From the IMG/VR virus record IMGVR_UViG_3300030329_003231: a DNA stretch of 64,000 bases; one strand, given 5' to 3'. How positions within the stretch are numbered: the first letter of the stretch is position 1; each line of letters starts with the position of its first letter. This DNA is from an uncultured virus (IMG/VR IMGVR_UViG_3300030329_003231) (lineage: Duplodnaviria; Heunggongvirae; Uroviricota; Caudoviricetes). Below, one piece after another: positions 37,541 through 45,994 of this stretch. A model generated the notes under the pieces. It was not told the origin of the DNA. It ran no database searches and saw nothing but the letters and a program-made list of their open reading frames with translations. The position numbers and the translations under genes were made by a program.

Positions 37541-37822
37541 TTAAAGTACCTGAATAACGCCTACTACATCGGGGATTTCCATCATCAACTTCTTTTCTAT
37601 CCCCTGCTTCAAAGTTACAGCACTCATTGCACAACTAGAACAAGCACCGCCTAGTCTAACCTTTACAATGCCACCTTCACCTTCCTTGACACCATAATAC
37701 ATTCTCGTCTGTTCGTCAAGGTGACGATCTATCTCAACAAATTCTAACCATCCACCATCTGCTTCAATGTATGGAAGGAGTTCATTAAGAACTTCTATTA
37801 CGTTACTCTCGTTTAGTTCCAT
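37541..37822 (-). CDS. NifU/NfuA-like Fe-S cluster scaffold domain protein
   Basis: PYIEADGG...VKVRLGGACSSCAMSAVTLKQGIE. Confidence 0.9.
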   Translation of the reverse strand: MELNESNVIEVLNELLPYIEADGGWLEFVEIDRHLDEQTRMYYGVKEGEGGIVKVRLGGACSSCAMSAVTLKQGIEKKLMMEIPDVVGVIQVL

Positions 37823-37888
37823 GAGGATTAATTAATACTTGAAGGGACAACAATCCCACTAATATAAAAATGATTTCTATAGAATGAT

Positions 37889-38053
37889 TTAACTCCATTC
37901 TCTTACCATTTGTCTTACATCGGTTACACCAAACAAAGACTTACATCTCGCCTCTGCATCTTGTTTTAAATTAGATTCACATAACCACTCCACCTTTTGC
38001 AATCTATTAGACGGTAATAAAATATAAGCAGACCATTTATATGATCTCTTCAT
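37889..38053 (-). CDS. Small hypothetical protein
   Basis: MKRSYKWSAYILLPSNRL...; start re-set to the TAATG coupling at 38053. Confidence 0.55.
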   Translation of the reverse strand: MKRSYKWSAYILLPSNRLQKVEWLCESNLKQDAEARCKSLFGVTDVRQMVREWS

Positions 38054-38211
38054 TACAACAAGATCGCGCCAATAATAAATCCCTTGGCGAATGAAATACA
38101 GACCACTTGATAGTCTGTCAATCCAAACTTTTCTTGACATTTTTTAATTAATTTCTTATCCCATTCGACTGCTTTATCGAATACTTTTTGTGCCTTGTCT
38201 GGTAGTCCCAT
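38053..38211 (-). CDS. Small membrane protein (52 aa, below cutoff)
   Basis: MGLPDKAQKVFDKAVEWDKKLIKKCQEKFGLTDYQVVCISFAKGFIIGAILL. Confidence 0.6.
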   Translation of the reverse strand: MGLPDKAQKVFDKAVEWDKKLIKKCQEKFGLTDYQVVCISFAKGFIIGAILL

Positions 38212-38264
38212 TAGTTTTCCTCCAGGGTTCTGTGTGTGATAAATCCAACCATCTTCTAATTAAC

Positions 38265-38858
38265 CTAAGAATTTTCTTCATCTATGCATCCTGCATACGT
38301 CTCTGCCATACTACCACCAATATCAGAACCAGCATCCATACCGATCATCGTAGCAGCACCTGTAAGAACCCACCCAACAAAGGGAATACCACTAAGGGAG
38401 CTACCAGCAGCAGCACCAACGCTACCCCCGACAATCTTTCCCGTGGACTTACCACCTCCTCTTGCTTCGATACAAGCGATGGTTTTATCACTGAGCTTTT
38501 TTCCTTGTGCTGACGGATCGATCCAGGTGTTATGGTTCGATACCGGTCCACCATGATGTGTCTTACTACCGACTGTGTATTGCTCTTTGGTTTTAACTGT
38601 GTTAGTACCCAATCCCAGAAAGCCACCTTTGGTTTTTACATCCCGTTCCACATGCATGATCAAGGGGTCGTTTGCACGATAGTTAATTGCATAACCATCC
38701 TTACCTGCTCTTACACTGTAAGAAGTATATTCTCCTACAGGAAGATTAAGTTGAGGAAGTTTACTCTGTCTAGAAATCATTCCTATCATACCAATATGAG
38801 ACAGTGCGAATAAACTTCCCACTGTCCCGATTGATATCCACTTCCACTTATTGTTCAT
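38265..38858 (-). CDS. Glycine-zipper membrane protein
   Basis: N-terminal TM; C-terminal GKIVGGSVGAAAG...GIPFVGWV...G...GSDIGG. Confidence 0.7.
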   Translation of the reverse strand: MNNKWKWISIGTVGSLFALSHIGMIGMISRQSKLPQLNLPVGEYTSYSVRAGKDGYAINYRANDPLIMHVERDVKTKGGFLGLGTNTVKTKEQYTVGSKTHHGGPVSNHNTWIDPSAQGKKLSDKTIACIEARGGGKSTGKIVGGSVGAAAGSSLSGIPFVGWVLTGAATMIGMDAGSDIGGSMAETYAGCIDEENS

Positions 38859-38872
38859 AACAATCTCCTCAA

Positions 38873-39352
38873 TTATACTGTTGGTGGTTTCTGTTGTTGA
38901 CCTGGATTAATTACCAAAGGTGCTTGTTCTAATCTAATAGTCTGTACGGGTGCTGCTTGAGATGCTTTCTCAATCAACTTCTCCATATCCTGTTTAGATA
39001 TTTGACCATTAGGACCACTCCCACCAGCGTTACCGTTACCATTCATCTTCATAGTACCGTCACCTTTCTTAGAAGCAGTCTGAATTCCGAAGCTAGCTAA
39101 AACTCCCGTAAAAACTGAAGCTATAAATGTCGGATCTATTTTCTGCTGTACCAATCCTGGAATTGTAACATAATTTAAAGTCAAAATTCCTCCGGACCAC
39201 ACAAGAACCCCAATTCTCACCATGGTACTGATGATTGCGGCCTGTTCCTCTGCATCAGGTAGAATGGCATCTTTTAATTTACCCAGAGCACCTTTCTTTT
39301 TTTCTTCATGGTGCTTTTCTTCTACTACTTCTTCCTTAATCTCTTCTGCCAT
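38873..39352 (-). CDS. Two-TM membrane protein
   Basis: VRIGVLVWSGGILTLNY...DPTFIASVFTGVLASFGI. Confidence 0.7.
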   Translation of the reverse strand: MAEEIKEEVVEEKHHEEKKKGALGKLKDAILPDAEEQAAIISTMVRIGVLVWSGGILTLNYVTIPGLVQQKIDPTFIASVFTGVLASFGIQTASKKGDGTMKMNGNGNAGGSGPNGQISKQDMEKLIEKASQAAPVQTIRLEQAPLVINPGQQQKPPTV

Positions 39353-39357
39353 AAAAA

Positions 39358-39388
39358 TAAGGGTGACTATTTCTATATAGCACCCTTA
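39358..39388 (-). terminator. Hairpin directly upstream of the 39352 start (terminator or RBS-occluding stem)
   Basis: TAAGGGTG...CACCCTTA followed by TTTTT. Confidence 0.45.
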
Positions 39389-39396
39389 ATGTTTAT

Positions 39397-39672
39397 TTAA
39401 AATTGAGGAGTAAGAGCAGACTCTTGTGGTGTCTTTGCTTGTGGAGCAGTAGGAGCAAGATCGTTAGTTCCTAATGGAAGAGTATCTCCACCAGGAAGAC
39501 CTCCTCCTCCTAATGGATTAGCACCACCAAGAACTGCTTCCAATGCTTTCTCTTTGACGTCTTCTATGATTGCCGTCCGATTAACATAAACGTAACCAAC
39601 ACTGCCAACAACGGCAACAGATACAGCAGCAGACGCAACAGCAAGTACATTAACTACTTTTTGACACGACAT
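39397..39672 (-). CDS. Small membrane-anchored protein
   Basis: N-terminal TM, Gly/Pro tail. Confidence 0.65.
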   Translation of the reverse strand: MSCQKVVNVLAVASAAVSVAVVGSVGYVYVNRTAIIEDVKEKALEAVLGGANPLGGGGLPGGDTLPLGTNDLAPTAPQAKTPQESALTPQF

Positions 39673-39692
39673 TGTTTTTAATATAAAAATAT

Positions 39693-39884
39693 CTATTTAT
39701 TATAGTATGCTTTATAATAACTGACAAGCCCATTCGTAGTACATTGCTTACTACACCAATCATCAGCACATTCATAGATAGACTGATTAGAATAATCCCC
39801 ATCCCCAAATGTCTTAAAGAGAAGAAGTAATACTTTTTGACGCAGTTCCAACTGCTCTTCTGTTAATGTAGAGTTTGTCATCAA
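39693..39884 (-). CDS. Hypothetical protein
   Basis: 63 aa; IYECADDW. Confidence 0.55.
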   Translation of the reverse strand: MMTNSTLTEEQLELRQKVLLLLFKTFGDGDYSNQSIYECADDWCSKQCTTNGLVSYYKAYYNK

Positions 39885-40009
39885 ATTAATCCTAAAGAAC
39901 CGGCAGTGATGCCAATAGTAACAAAGAATGCAAATTCCAGCAACCCATGAGCAGATGCTGGTGTAGAAATTAATATATTATTGAAATACGATAGAACTAA
40001 TGGGTCCAT
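39881..40009 (-). CDS. Micro membrane peptide (42 aa)
   Basis: MDPLVLSYFNNILISTPASAHGLLEFAFFVTIGITAGSLGLI. Confidence 0.45.
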   Translation of the reverse strand: MDPLVLSYFNNILISTPASAHGLLEFAFFVTIGITAGSLGLI

Positions 40010-40058
40010 TGAAATAAATGTATGCGCTTACTAGACCGAAAAATACTAATTGAGGCAT
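39978..40058 (-). CDS. Micro membrane peptide (26 aa)
   Basis: MPQLVFFGLVSAYIYFNGPISSIVFQ; first ORF after a sigma70 promoter. Confidence 0.4.
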   Translation of the reverse strand: MPQLVFFGLVSAYIYFNGPISSIVFQ

Positions 40059-40085
40059 TTGACTAGGTAAAAATACTCTACAAAT

Positions 40086-40115
40086 ATTATATAGGTATTT
40101 TTACCTTTTAGTCAA
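40086..40115 (-). promoter_or_regulatory. Sigma70-type promoter flanked by an inverted repeat
   Basis: TTGACT-18 nt-TATAAT. Confidence 0.6.
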
Positions 40116-40315
40116 GCCCCTGATGGAACTGTAACAGGAACGGGTTCCATCTGACCAATGCGAACTCCTTTTCCTCCTTGAAAATCATCATCGTCATCAT
40201 CGCTGAATGCACGAAGTAATAATTCAATTAACACCAAAGCAGCCATAGGATAAAAAACCCAGAGGACTGCTACTATTGGTGATATACTGTCTGATGCGGC
40301 TATAAAGTCGCCCAT
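40112..40315 (-). CDS. Small membrane protein with poly-Asp tract
   Basis: TM helix then SDDDDDDFQGGKG. Confidence 0.65.
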   Translation of the reverse strand: MGDFIAASDSISPIVAVLWVFYPMAALVLIELLLRAFSDDDDDDFQGGKGVRIGQMEPVPVTVPSGA

Positions 40316-40353
40316 GTTTTTGTTCGCTGATAAAGTTACGAGTAATTATTTAG

Positions 40354-40455
40354 TTATGTGAAGTACTTGACGTAAGTATAAGTACCAATGATTGCCCAAA
40401 AAGCAACCATTGCAAACCTTCCGTTTGCCTTCTGCCAGATTAATAGATCATCCAT
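40354..40455 (-). CDS. hli: High-light inducible protein (33 aa, divergent)
   Basis: WQKANGRFAMVAF; Gln replaces the Glu of the ExxNGRxAM motif. Confidence 0.7.
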   Translation of the reverse strand: MDDLLIWQKANGRFAMVAFWAIIGTYTYVKYFT

Positions 40456-40562
40456 TAGAAAATACCTGGAATGATGTTTCCGGTTACGGCATAGCTACCA
40501 AGTGCAGCGATGATACCGATCATTGCCCAACGTCCGTTGGCTAATTCTGCTTGTTCGTTCAT
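40455..40562 (-). CDS. hli: High-light inducible protein (35 aa)
   Basis: MNEQAELANGRWAMIGIIAALGSYAVTGNIIPGIF. Confidence 0.9.
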   Translation of the reverse strand: MNEQAELANGRWAMIGIIAALGSYAVTGNIIPGIF

Positions 40563-40615
40563 TGTTCTTAGATTGAATAGGGTTAGATAGAGCGATAGAA
40601 AGAGACCTTTTTATC

Positions 40616-40834
40616 TTAAAATATACCAGGAATAACTGCACCAAAAAGGATGTAGTTATGCACGGCAGCAAAGAATCCAATCATCGCTAGGCGACCATTA
40701 GTAATCTCTGCATTTTTCCAGTGACCAGGATAGGTTTCATCAACCTGTAACTGAGGTTCATGAGCAAACATATTCTGTCTGCCACCTTGCTCAGTGGTTG
40801 TGTACCTTCCCATACTAGAAGTGGAACTTGTCAT
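40616..40834 (-). CDS. hli: High-light inducible protein (72 aa)
   Basis: GRQNMFAHEP...AEITNGRLAMIGF...IPGIF. Confidence 0.9.
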   Translation of the reverse strand: MTSSTSSMGRYTTTEQGGRQNMFAHEPQLQVDETYPGHWKNAEITNGRLAMIGFFAAVHNYILFGAVIPGIF

Positions 40835-40858
40835 GCGTTTATTAAGAAACGTAACAAT

Positions 40859-40888
40859 ATTATATAGCAAACATTAATTTTCTGTCAA
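40859..40888 (-). promoter_or_regulatory. Sigma70-type promoter for the hli cluster
   Basis: TTGACA-18 nt-TATAAT. Confidence 0.7.
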
Positions 40889-40954
40889 GTACAAATACCT
40901 AGAAAACCGAACATCCAAAAGTGATTCTTATAACTTCTATAACCTTAACTTATA

Positions 40955-41140
40955 TTAGTAATCATTCTCCTTCATCTCAATATATTCCTTATTCTGTCTA
41001 CAAATTCCATGTACATCAATCTCTTGATGTAAATGTGCCATAGTATGAAGAGTTTCTATCAGCACAAGAATCAACAATATCATCATCGGCAACATCCATA
41101 AGGGATGTCCTATAACTTCTCCTGCTGTTTCTTTTTTCAT
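40955..41140 (-). CDS. Small membrane protein
   Basis: TM helix then ETLHTMAHLHQEIDVHGIC. Confidence 0.6.
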   Translation of the reverse strand: MKKETAGEVIGHPLWMLPMMILLILVLIETLHTMAHLHQEIDVHGICRQNKEYIEMKENDY

Positions 41141-41156
41141 GAGAATATTATAGCAT

Positions 41157-41184
41157 AAAAAAAGGGAACCGTTAAGGTTCCCTT
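41157..41184 (-). terminator. Rho-independent terminator after the beta-barrel gene
   Basis: AAGGGAACC-TTAAC-GGTTCCCTT-TTTTT. Confidence 0.8.
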
Positions 41185-41210
41185 CTAGTTATGTTAGTTT
41201 ACTGATTAAA

Positions 41211-41594
41211 TCAGAACTTATAAGTTACACCCAACTTACCAGAGAAGTCGATGATGTCATCGCCACTGGAATCTTCGTTAGTGATACCAGCAACTTCGCC
41301 GTATAGACTTGTAGAATCAGCAACAGCATATGATACACCAACCTTACCTGAAAGTTCAGTCTCAGTGTCATCAGTTGAATCAGTATGAACGAAAGCAGGA
41401 CCGCCTTGTACATAGTATCCAAGTTTGCCATCGTCAGAACCACCATCGAATCCGAAATGAAGATCGGTAGTTGCAGTTGAATATTCGCCATCTGGGTAGG
41501 AAGCATTAGCTTCTACGTTAACGTAAGGACCTGCAAAAGCAGAACCAGCGAATAGTGGAGCAGCAGCTAGAGCTGCTATAAGAGGTTTAAACAT
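41211..41594 (-). CDS. Small outer-membrane beta-barrel (porin-like) protein
   Basis: Signal peptide MFKPLIAALAAAPLFAGSAFA; alternating amphipathic strands; C-terminal GKLGVTYKF BAM signature. Confidence 0.75.
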   Translation of the reverse strand: MFKPLIAALAAAPLFAGSAFAGPYVNVEANASYPDGEYSTATTDLHFGFDGGSDDGKLGYYVQGGPAFVHTDSTDDTETELSGKVGVSYAVADSTSLYGEVAGITNEDSSGDDIIDFSGKLGVTYKF

Positions 41595-41708
41595 TTTTTT
41601 TAGAAAGTGTCTCGCAAGAAAAAATCCTGCGGATGTTAGCACCCCCGACAAGGGTACTGTTTACATTACACGCAGGGTTACGATTCTTTCGAGTCCTTTG
41701 TATAAGAT

Positions 41709-41716
41709 TATTTATA
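41709..41716 (-). promoter_or_regulatory. T4 late promoter TATAAATA
   Basis: Perfect consensus at the 5' end of the structured leader. Confidence 0.65.
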
Positions 41717-41745
41717 AGAACTGTCACTGTGACAGTTGTTTAATA

Positions 41746-41774
41746 ATCTTAACATACTCATATTATACTGTCAA
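41746..41774 (-). promoter_or_regulatory. Sigma70-type promoter
   Basis: TTGACA-17 nt-TAAGAT. Confidence 0.65.
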
Positions 41775-41776
41775 CA

Positions 41777-42604
41777 CTAGGTCTGGGGTGGATCTTCTTT
41801 CTTAGCACTACTCTCAGTGATTCTACTAAAATAAGGATCATAGTTCATATACTCTTGAATATTGATGGAAGAACTATTTACTTTCCACCAATTCATTAAA
41901 GCATCATGTGGTCCTTTATGAAAAATACCTATATGTTCTTGATGAATACTACTATGGAAATCCATATTATAAAGGAGAATAGGAATAGTATAAGTCTTCC
42001 CAGTTTCTAAAATAGTATCCTCAGATACTGCTCGTGGTTTAACTCCATTATCTAACTTCCATTTATCTCCACGCATATGATTCTTTAATACCTTTGCTGC
42101 ATGATGACGAGTTATCAAATAAAATGCAGCAGAAAAATCATTAACAAACTTATGATGCAATTTAATATGAATATCACCTGTACAGATAGTTGTCATCTGA
42201 ATGCAATCATAATCATATGGAACATATGAATAAAATTCTGTCCAGGTAAAGGGCCAATAATGGACTAACTCAAAACTTATATCATCCTCCGCAATAATAC
42301 AATACTCATCCTCACTATTCTCATAAAACTCTTTAATAGCTTTAAGGTGAGACATACAACATCCCAACTCACCAGGACTTACCATATCAGGTATACGTCC
42401 TTTAAGATATTCGGAGGGGTCACTATCTCTCCCATCATATCCAGAAATACGAGTATGATTCTTTATCTGCCAGTATTCAAACTGGTCTTCCATATACTCT
42501 CTCCTCTCCACATCCGCATCAAGGTTTAACCAATAGATATGAGGAAGACCTTTGAGTTTAAAGGCAGCTTTATTCTTGTCCCGCAGTAATTTTGATCCAG
42601 TCAT
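41777..42604 (-). CDS. Glycosyltransferase family 25
   Basis: IYWLNLD...RR...GELGCCMSH...IIAEDD...YLIT. Confidence 0.85.
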   Translation of the reverse strand: MTGSKLLRDKNKAAFKLKGLPHIYWLNLDADVERREYMEDQFEYWQIKNHTRISGYDGRDSDPSEYLKGRIPDMVSPGELGCCMSHLKAIKEFYENSEDEYCIIAEDDISFELVHYWPFTWTEFYSYVPYDYDCIQMTTICTGDIHIKLHHKFVNDFSAAFYLITRHHAAKVLKNHMRGDKWKLDNGVKPRAVSEDTILETGKTYTIPILLYNMDFHSSIHQEHIGIFHKGPHDALMNWWKVNSSSINIQEYMNYDPYFSRITESSAKKEDPPQT

Positions 42605-43394
42605 CAGGAATTAAATCTTTTGTATCGTGGTCTTTGGTATAACCTGTCTTCCCAAACCATTGAGAAGGTGCAATAACTTTCTTATCTTTATTAGTGGATA
42701 ACCATGCTCCCCACCAAGAGAATGATGAATTAGCAATAATAAAATCATTACATAGAGACATCAAACAAAGATCAATTCTATTGTCCTCATTCTCTGAGAT
42801 AATGAATCTATCATCACTAAAAATCTCTTGCTCCATACACCAAGCAGGTTCATCAGAAAATACAATTACATTCCTATCAGAATCAAACTGTTCTAATGCT
42901 GCCTGATAATATTCAAGAGAAAGAACATTATGATTTGCTTGGTTTCTTACATAATCAGTTCGACGAACATGTAAAGCAATAGGATTGTCTACACCTTCTA
43001 CCATCTCCTTACAAGGTTCTAAAATCTCAGACTTAAAAGTGAAATCCTTACGAATCTCATCTTCAATATGCTTAAAGTATTTCTCAGTTTGAAAATACCC
43101 TTGGAGATTTACATGATCAGGACATAATCTAAAAAGTTCTTCATCAAAATGAAAGAACCTTTCTTGTACCACAGGTGCATGTCCATTATTTAGAAGTCCC
43201 TGTTGAACTTCAAGGTCAAAAGAATCAAATAATTCCGACCTCAACATATTACCCATCCCATCATCCATCTCATCAGGCCAAAATGGGATAATAATATCTG
43301 TTCCTACATTCCTTGCAATGCCTTTAAGTGAGGCATACTGAAACATCTGATTAGCCAACCTTCCCATTCGCCCTAAGGCATTAAATCCTATCAT
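42570..43394 (-). CDS. Alpha-1,2-fucosyltransferase-like (GT11)
   Basis: GRLANQMFQYA, GYFQTEKYF, HVRRTDY, IIANSSFSWWGAWL. Confidence 0.9.
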   Translation of the reverse strand: MIGFNALGRMGRLANQMFQYASLKGIARNVGTDIIIPFWPDEMDDGMGNMLRSELFDSFDLEVQQGLLNNGHAPVVQERFFHFDEELFRLCPDHVNLQGYFQTEKYFKHIEDEIRKDFTFKSEILEPCKEMVEGVDNPIALHVRRTDYVRNQANHNVLSLEYYQAALEQFDSDRNVIVFSDEPAWCMEQEIFSDDRFIISENEDNRIDLCLMSLCNDFIIANSSFSWWGAWLSTNKDKKVIAPSQWFGKTGYTKDHDTKDLIPDDWIKITAGQE

Positions 43395-44206
43395 ACTAAC
43401 TGTTCTCTACGGGTTTTGAGGTAATCCTGTCCTTCATAATACTCCACCAACTTGTCTTTGTCAAATGTTTTTATAGTGTGCCACAGGTTCCAATTGTTAT
43501 TAAAATTGGGACTACTAAACCAAGAATTATGAGTACGCGAATGCTCTAAATGATACACATAATTATTGGTTCTACCAATACGCAGACCAAGAGTACTCAT
43601 TCTAAAATAGAATTCATCGTCTTCACATCCCCATGAAACAAAGTTCTCATTCATCATATAAGAATCAATATAAGTCTGTCTTCTGATAAACTGAGACCAA
43701 CCAATTGTAGAATTAGAGAGTTCCTTATTTTCATCTAGTACATCAGTACTAAGTGTATTAACAAATCGATTATAGATGTCCATATTATATGCTGCTTTCC
43801 ACTGATAAATGCCACACTGGTACGGATATACTACATCTAGTGTATTACCTTTAATAGACCTATATGCTTGGTGGTATGCCTCTACTGGGAGTATACAATC
43901 GGCATCATAATTAGCAACAACCTCAGTATCAGCAGCAATAATAAGATCATTTAAGACCTTACTCTTACAAAAAAGAAGTTCTTGCGTTTCTTCATACAGA
44001 TAAGTTAAGTTACGATCATCGCAATACTTTCTAATCTCTGGTATTGCCCGATGCTTAAAGGTAGGATGAGGTGCTACTTCCTTTACTATCACCTTTGCAT
44101 CCAAATGCTTCAACAAATAAGAGACCGAAGAAATAATATTTCTCAACCTATCTTCTGTCTCAATCCGTGTCGGGATTAAGAATGTAAGATCAAGCATTGG
44201 CTTCAT
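43391..44206 (-). CDS. Glycosyltransferase (GT2/GT7-like)
   Basis: DAD motif, NENFVSWGCEDDE, YHLEH. Confidence 0.8.
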   Translation of the reverse strand: MKPMLDLTFLIPTRIETEDRLRNIISSVSYLLKHLDAKVIVKEVAPHPTFKHRAIPEIRKYCDDRNLTYLYEETQELLFCKSKVLNDLIIAADTEVVANYDADCILPVEAYHQAYRSIKGNTLDVVYPYQCGIYQWKAAYNMDIYNRFVNTLSTDVLDENKELSNSTIGWSQFIRRQTYIDSYMMNENFVSWGCEDDEFYFRMSTLGLRIGRTNNYVYHLEHSRTHNSWFSSPNFNNNWNLWHTIKTFDKDKLVEYYEGQDYLKTRREQLV

Positions 44207-45081
44207 AATAATATATGATAAGGATCTATATCCTCACTCACTTCATCAACATCTCTTAGGAGATTACTAAATCTATCTTCATCCTGAGCGAGTTGTTGTT
44301 CTCCTTTGGTAGTATAATGTAACACAATAGGATTAAAGAACTCCTCGTGCTTTTGTTCTACATATCCCTGCGTAACATCTTGTACGCCAAATAACTCTCC
44401 AAAGATTCCCATCCTACTTAATATAACCCACATAGCATACTCATCTATTATCCTAGGATTGGGTACAGGATAAGGAAGTTTTCCATCCTTCAACTTAAAC
44501 ATCAACTCAACTAATTCTCCTAATCGTTCACATATATCCAAATGAACACCCCTAGTGAATAACATTACTCCCATACAATACTTGTATATGTGTCCTTCAC
44601 CACCTGCTTCTTCTATACACTGATCCACATAATCCAATGCCTTCCTTATATTCTTTCCGCCTCCTGTATTGGGGTCATGTCTAAAACCAAACTCCTCCCT
44701 ACCAAATACTTCTGCATAATTATAATGATCAAAAAGATACTGAACATCTCCATAGAAAATAGTATCTGAATCTACATAAAGAATATTTGCATCCACATAG
44801 GTTCCTTCCCCATCTTCAAAGTATTGAAGATTAAACCATCTATAAATGAAAAGCATTCCATGACTTACTTGCTCTACAAAGGGTAGAACATTTACATTGT
44901 AATGAGTACGGAAATAAAGGGGAATAAAAGCAGGGTCATCACAAAAAAGATAAACAGGTATTTCATCATTAAACTCCCTCAATGTACGGATACTGTGTTC
45001 AAACCTTTTAAGTTCATGATCATTGATGTGATCATGATTACTTTTCTTATAGGAATAGTAAACTAAATTAGTCAACTTCAT
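44203..45081 (-). CDS. GT-A fold glycosyltransferase (GT8-like)
   Basis: SIRTLR, ILYVDSDT, GVML, DEYA, VLHY. Confidence 0.65.
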   Translation of the reverse strand: MKLTNLVYYSYKKSNHDHINDHELKRFEHSIRTLREFNDEIPVYLFCDDPAFIPLYFRTHYNVNVLPFVEQVSHGMLFIYRWFNLQYFEDGEGTYVDANILYVDSDTIFYGDVQYLFDHYNYAEVFGREEFGFRHDPNTGGGKNIRKALDYVDQCIEEAGGEGHIYKYCMGVMLFTRGVHLDICERLGELVELMFKLKDGKLPYPVPNPRIIDEYAMWVILSRMGIFGELFGVQDVTQGYVEQKHEEFFNPIVLHYTTKGEQQLAQDEDRFSNLLRDVDEVSEDIDPYHILL

Positions 45082-45994
45082 TCTCCGATGCTGTATATTT
45101 TGTATCTATCATCTCATCAGGGAGGTGACCACGAATCCAATCTTCTGGATACATATCATTCAAATCTCTGAAACAATCATGCTTGGCAGTAAACTCTGGA
45201 CCAAAGTATGGATGTTGATAGACTACATTATTAGTTCTATTCTTTTGTAACCAAGCACCCCACCAACCAAAGGTACTGTTAGGAATTATACCACCATTAC
45301 AAAGAGTCATCAAACAAAGGTCAACCCATGGTAACAAACTATGTTCTTTCTTTCCTCTACCATTCCATACCAATGTCTCTGAGTATTCTCTTTGTTCTGA
45401 TAGAAGGAACCTATCTCCCTTAAACAATTCTTGTTCCTGTACCCAATCCAACTTATCAGTAAGAATAAGAACTGATAAATCCTTAGGAAAATATTCTTCT
45501 AACATCTTCTCATACCATTCAATAGATGCTACGGGATACTGATGCGGTCTACCCGTTGCATCTGCTCTTCTTACATGTAGAAACAATGGTCTGTCCCCTA
45601 GACCATCAATCATTTCCTTACATGGATTATAAATGTCATCAATAAAAGTATAATCTTCTCTTATCTCATTCTCAATATGCTTAAAGTATTTCTCTGACTG
45701 TCTAAATCCTTCTAAGTTTATATTATCAGGACAATTCTCAAAAAACTCTGGATCAAAGTCATGACAGGGTTCATCATGTACTGGCCAATCCTCAGGAACA
45801 AATCCTTTATTTTTTAGATGAGGTAACTTAAACCCATCCATAATATTATAGTCAGCCATGTTATGAGTTTCTCTATCCTCAGGAGGAATAGTCCATTCAT
45901 ACCCATGCTTTGCTGCTATACCCCTTAGAGAGGCATATTGAAACATCTGGTTAGCAAGTCTGCCATTAATCCCTAATCTGTTATACCCTATCAT
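45068..45994 (-). CDS. Second GT11 glycosyltransferase
   Basis: GRLANQMFQYA, QSEKYF, HVRR, NSTFGWWGAWL. Confidence 0.85.
   Translation of the reverse strand: MIGYNRLGINGRLANQMFQYASLRGIAAKHGYEWTIPPEDRETHNMADYNIMDGFKLPHLKNKGFVPEDWPVHDEPCHDFDPEFFENCPDNINLEGFRQSEKYFKHIENEIREDYTFIDDIYNPCKEMIDGLGDRPLFLHVRRADATGRPHQYPVASIEWYEKMLEEYFPKDLSVLILTDKLDWVQEQELFKGDRFLLSEQREYSETLVWNGRGKKEHSLLPWVDLCLMTLCNGGIIPNSTFGWWGAWLQKNRTNNVVYQHPYFGPEFTAKHDCFRDLNDMYPEDWIRGHLPDEMIDTKYTASENEVD

Noticed and set aside
40495..40680. 61-aa ORF from the track spanning the hli genes
   Set aside because: Out-of-frame overlap with two clear hli genes
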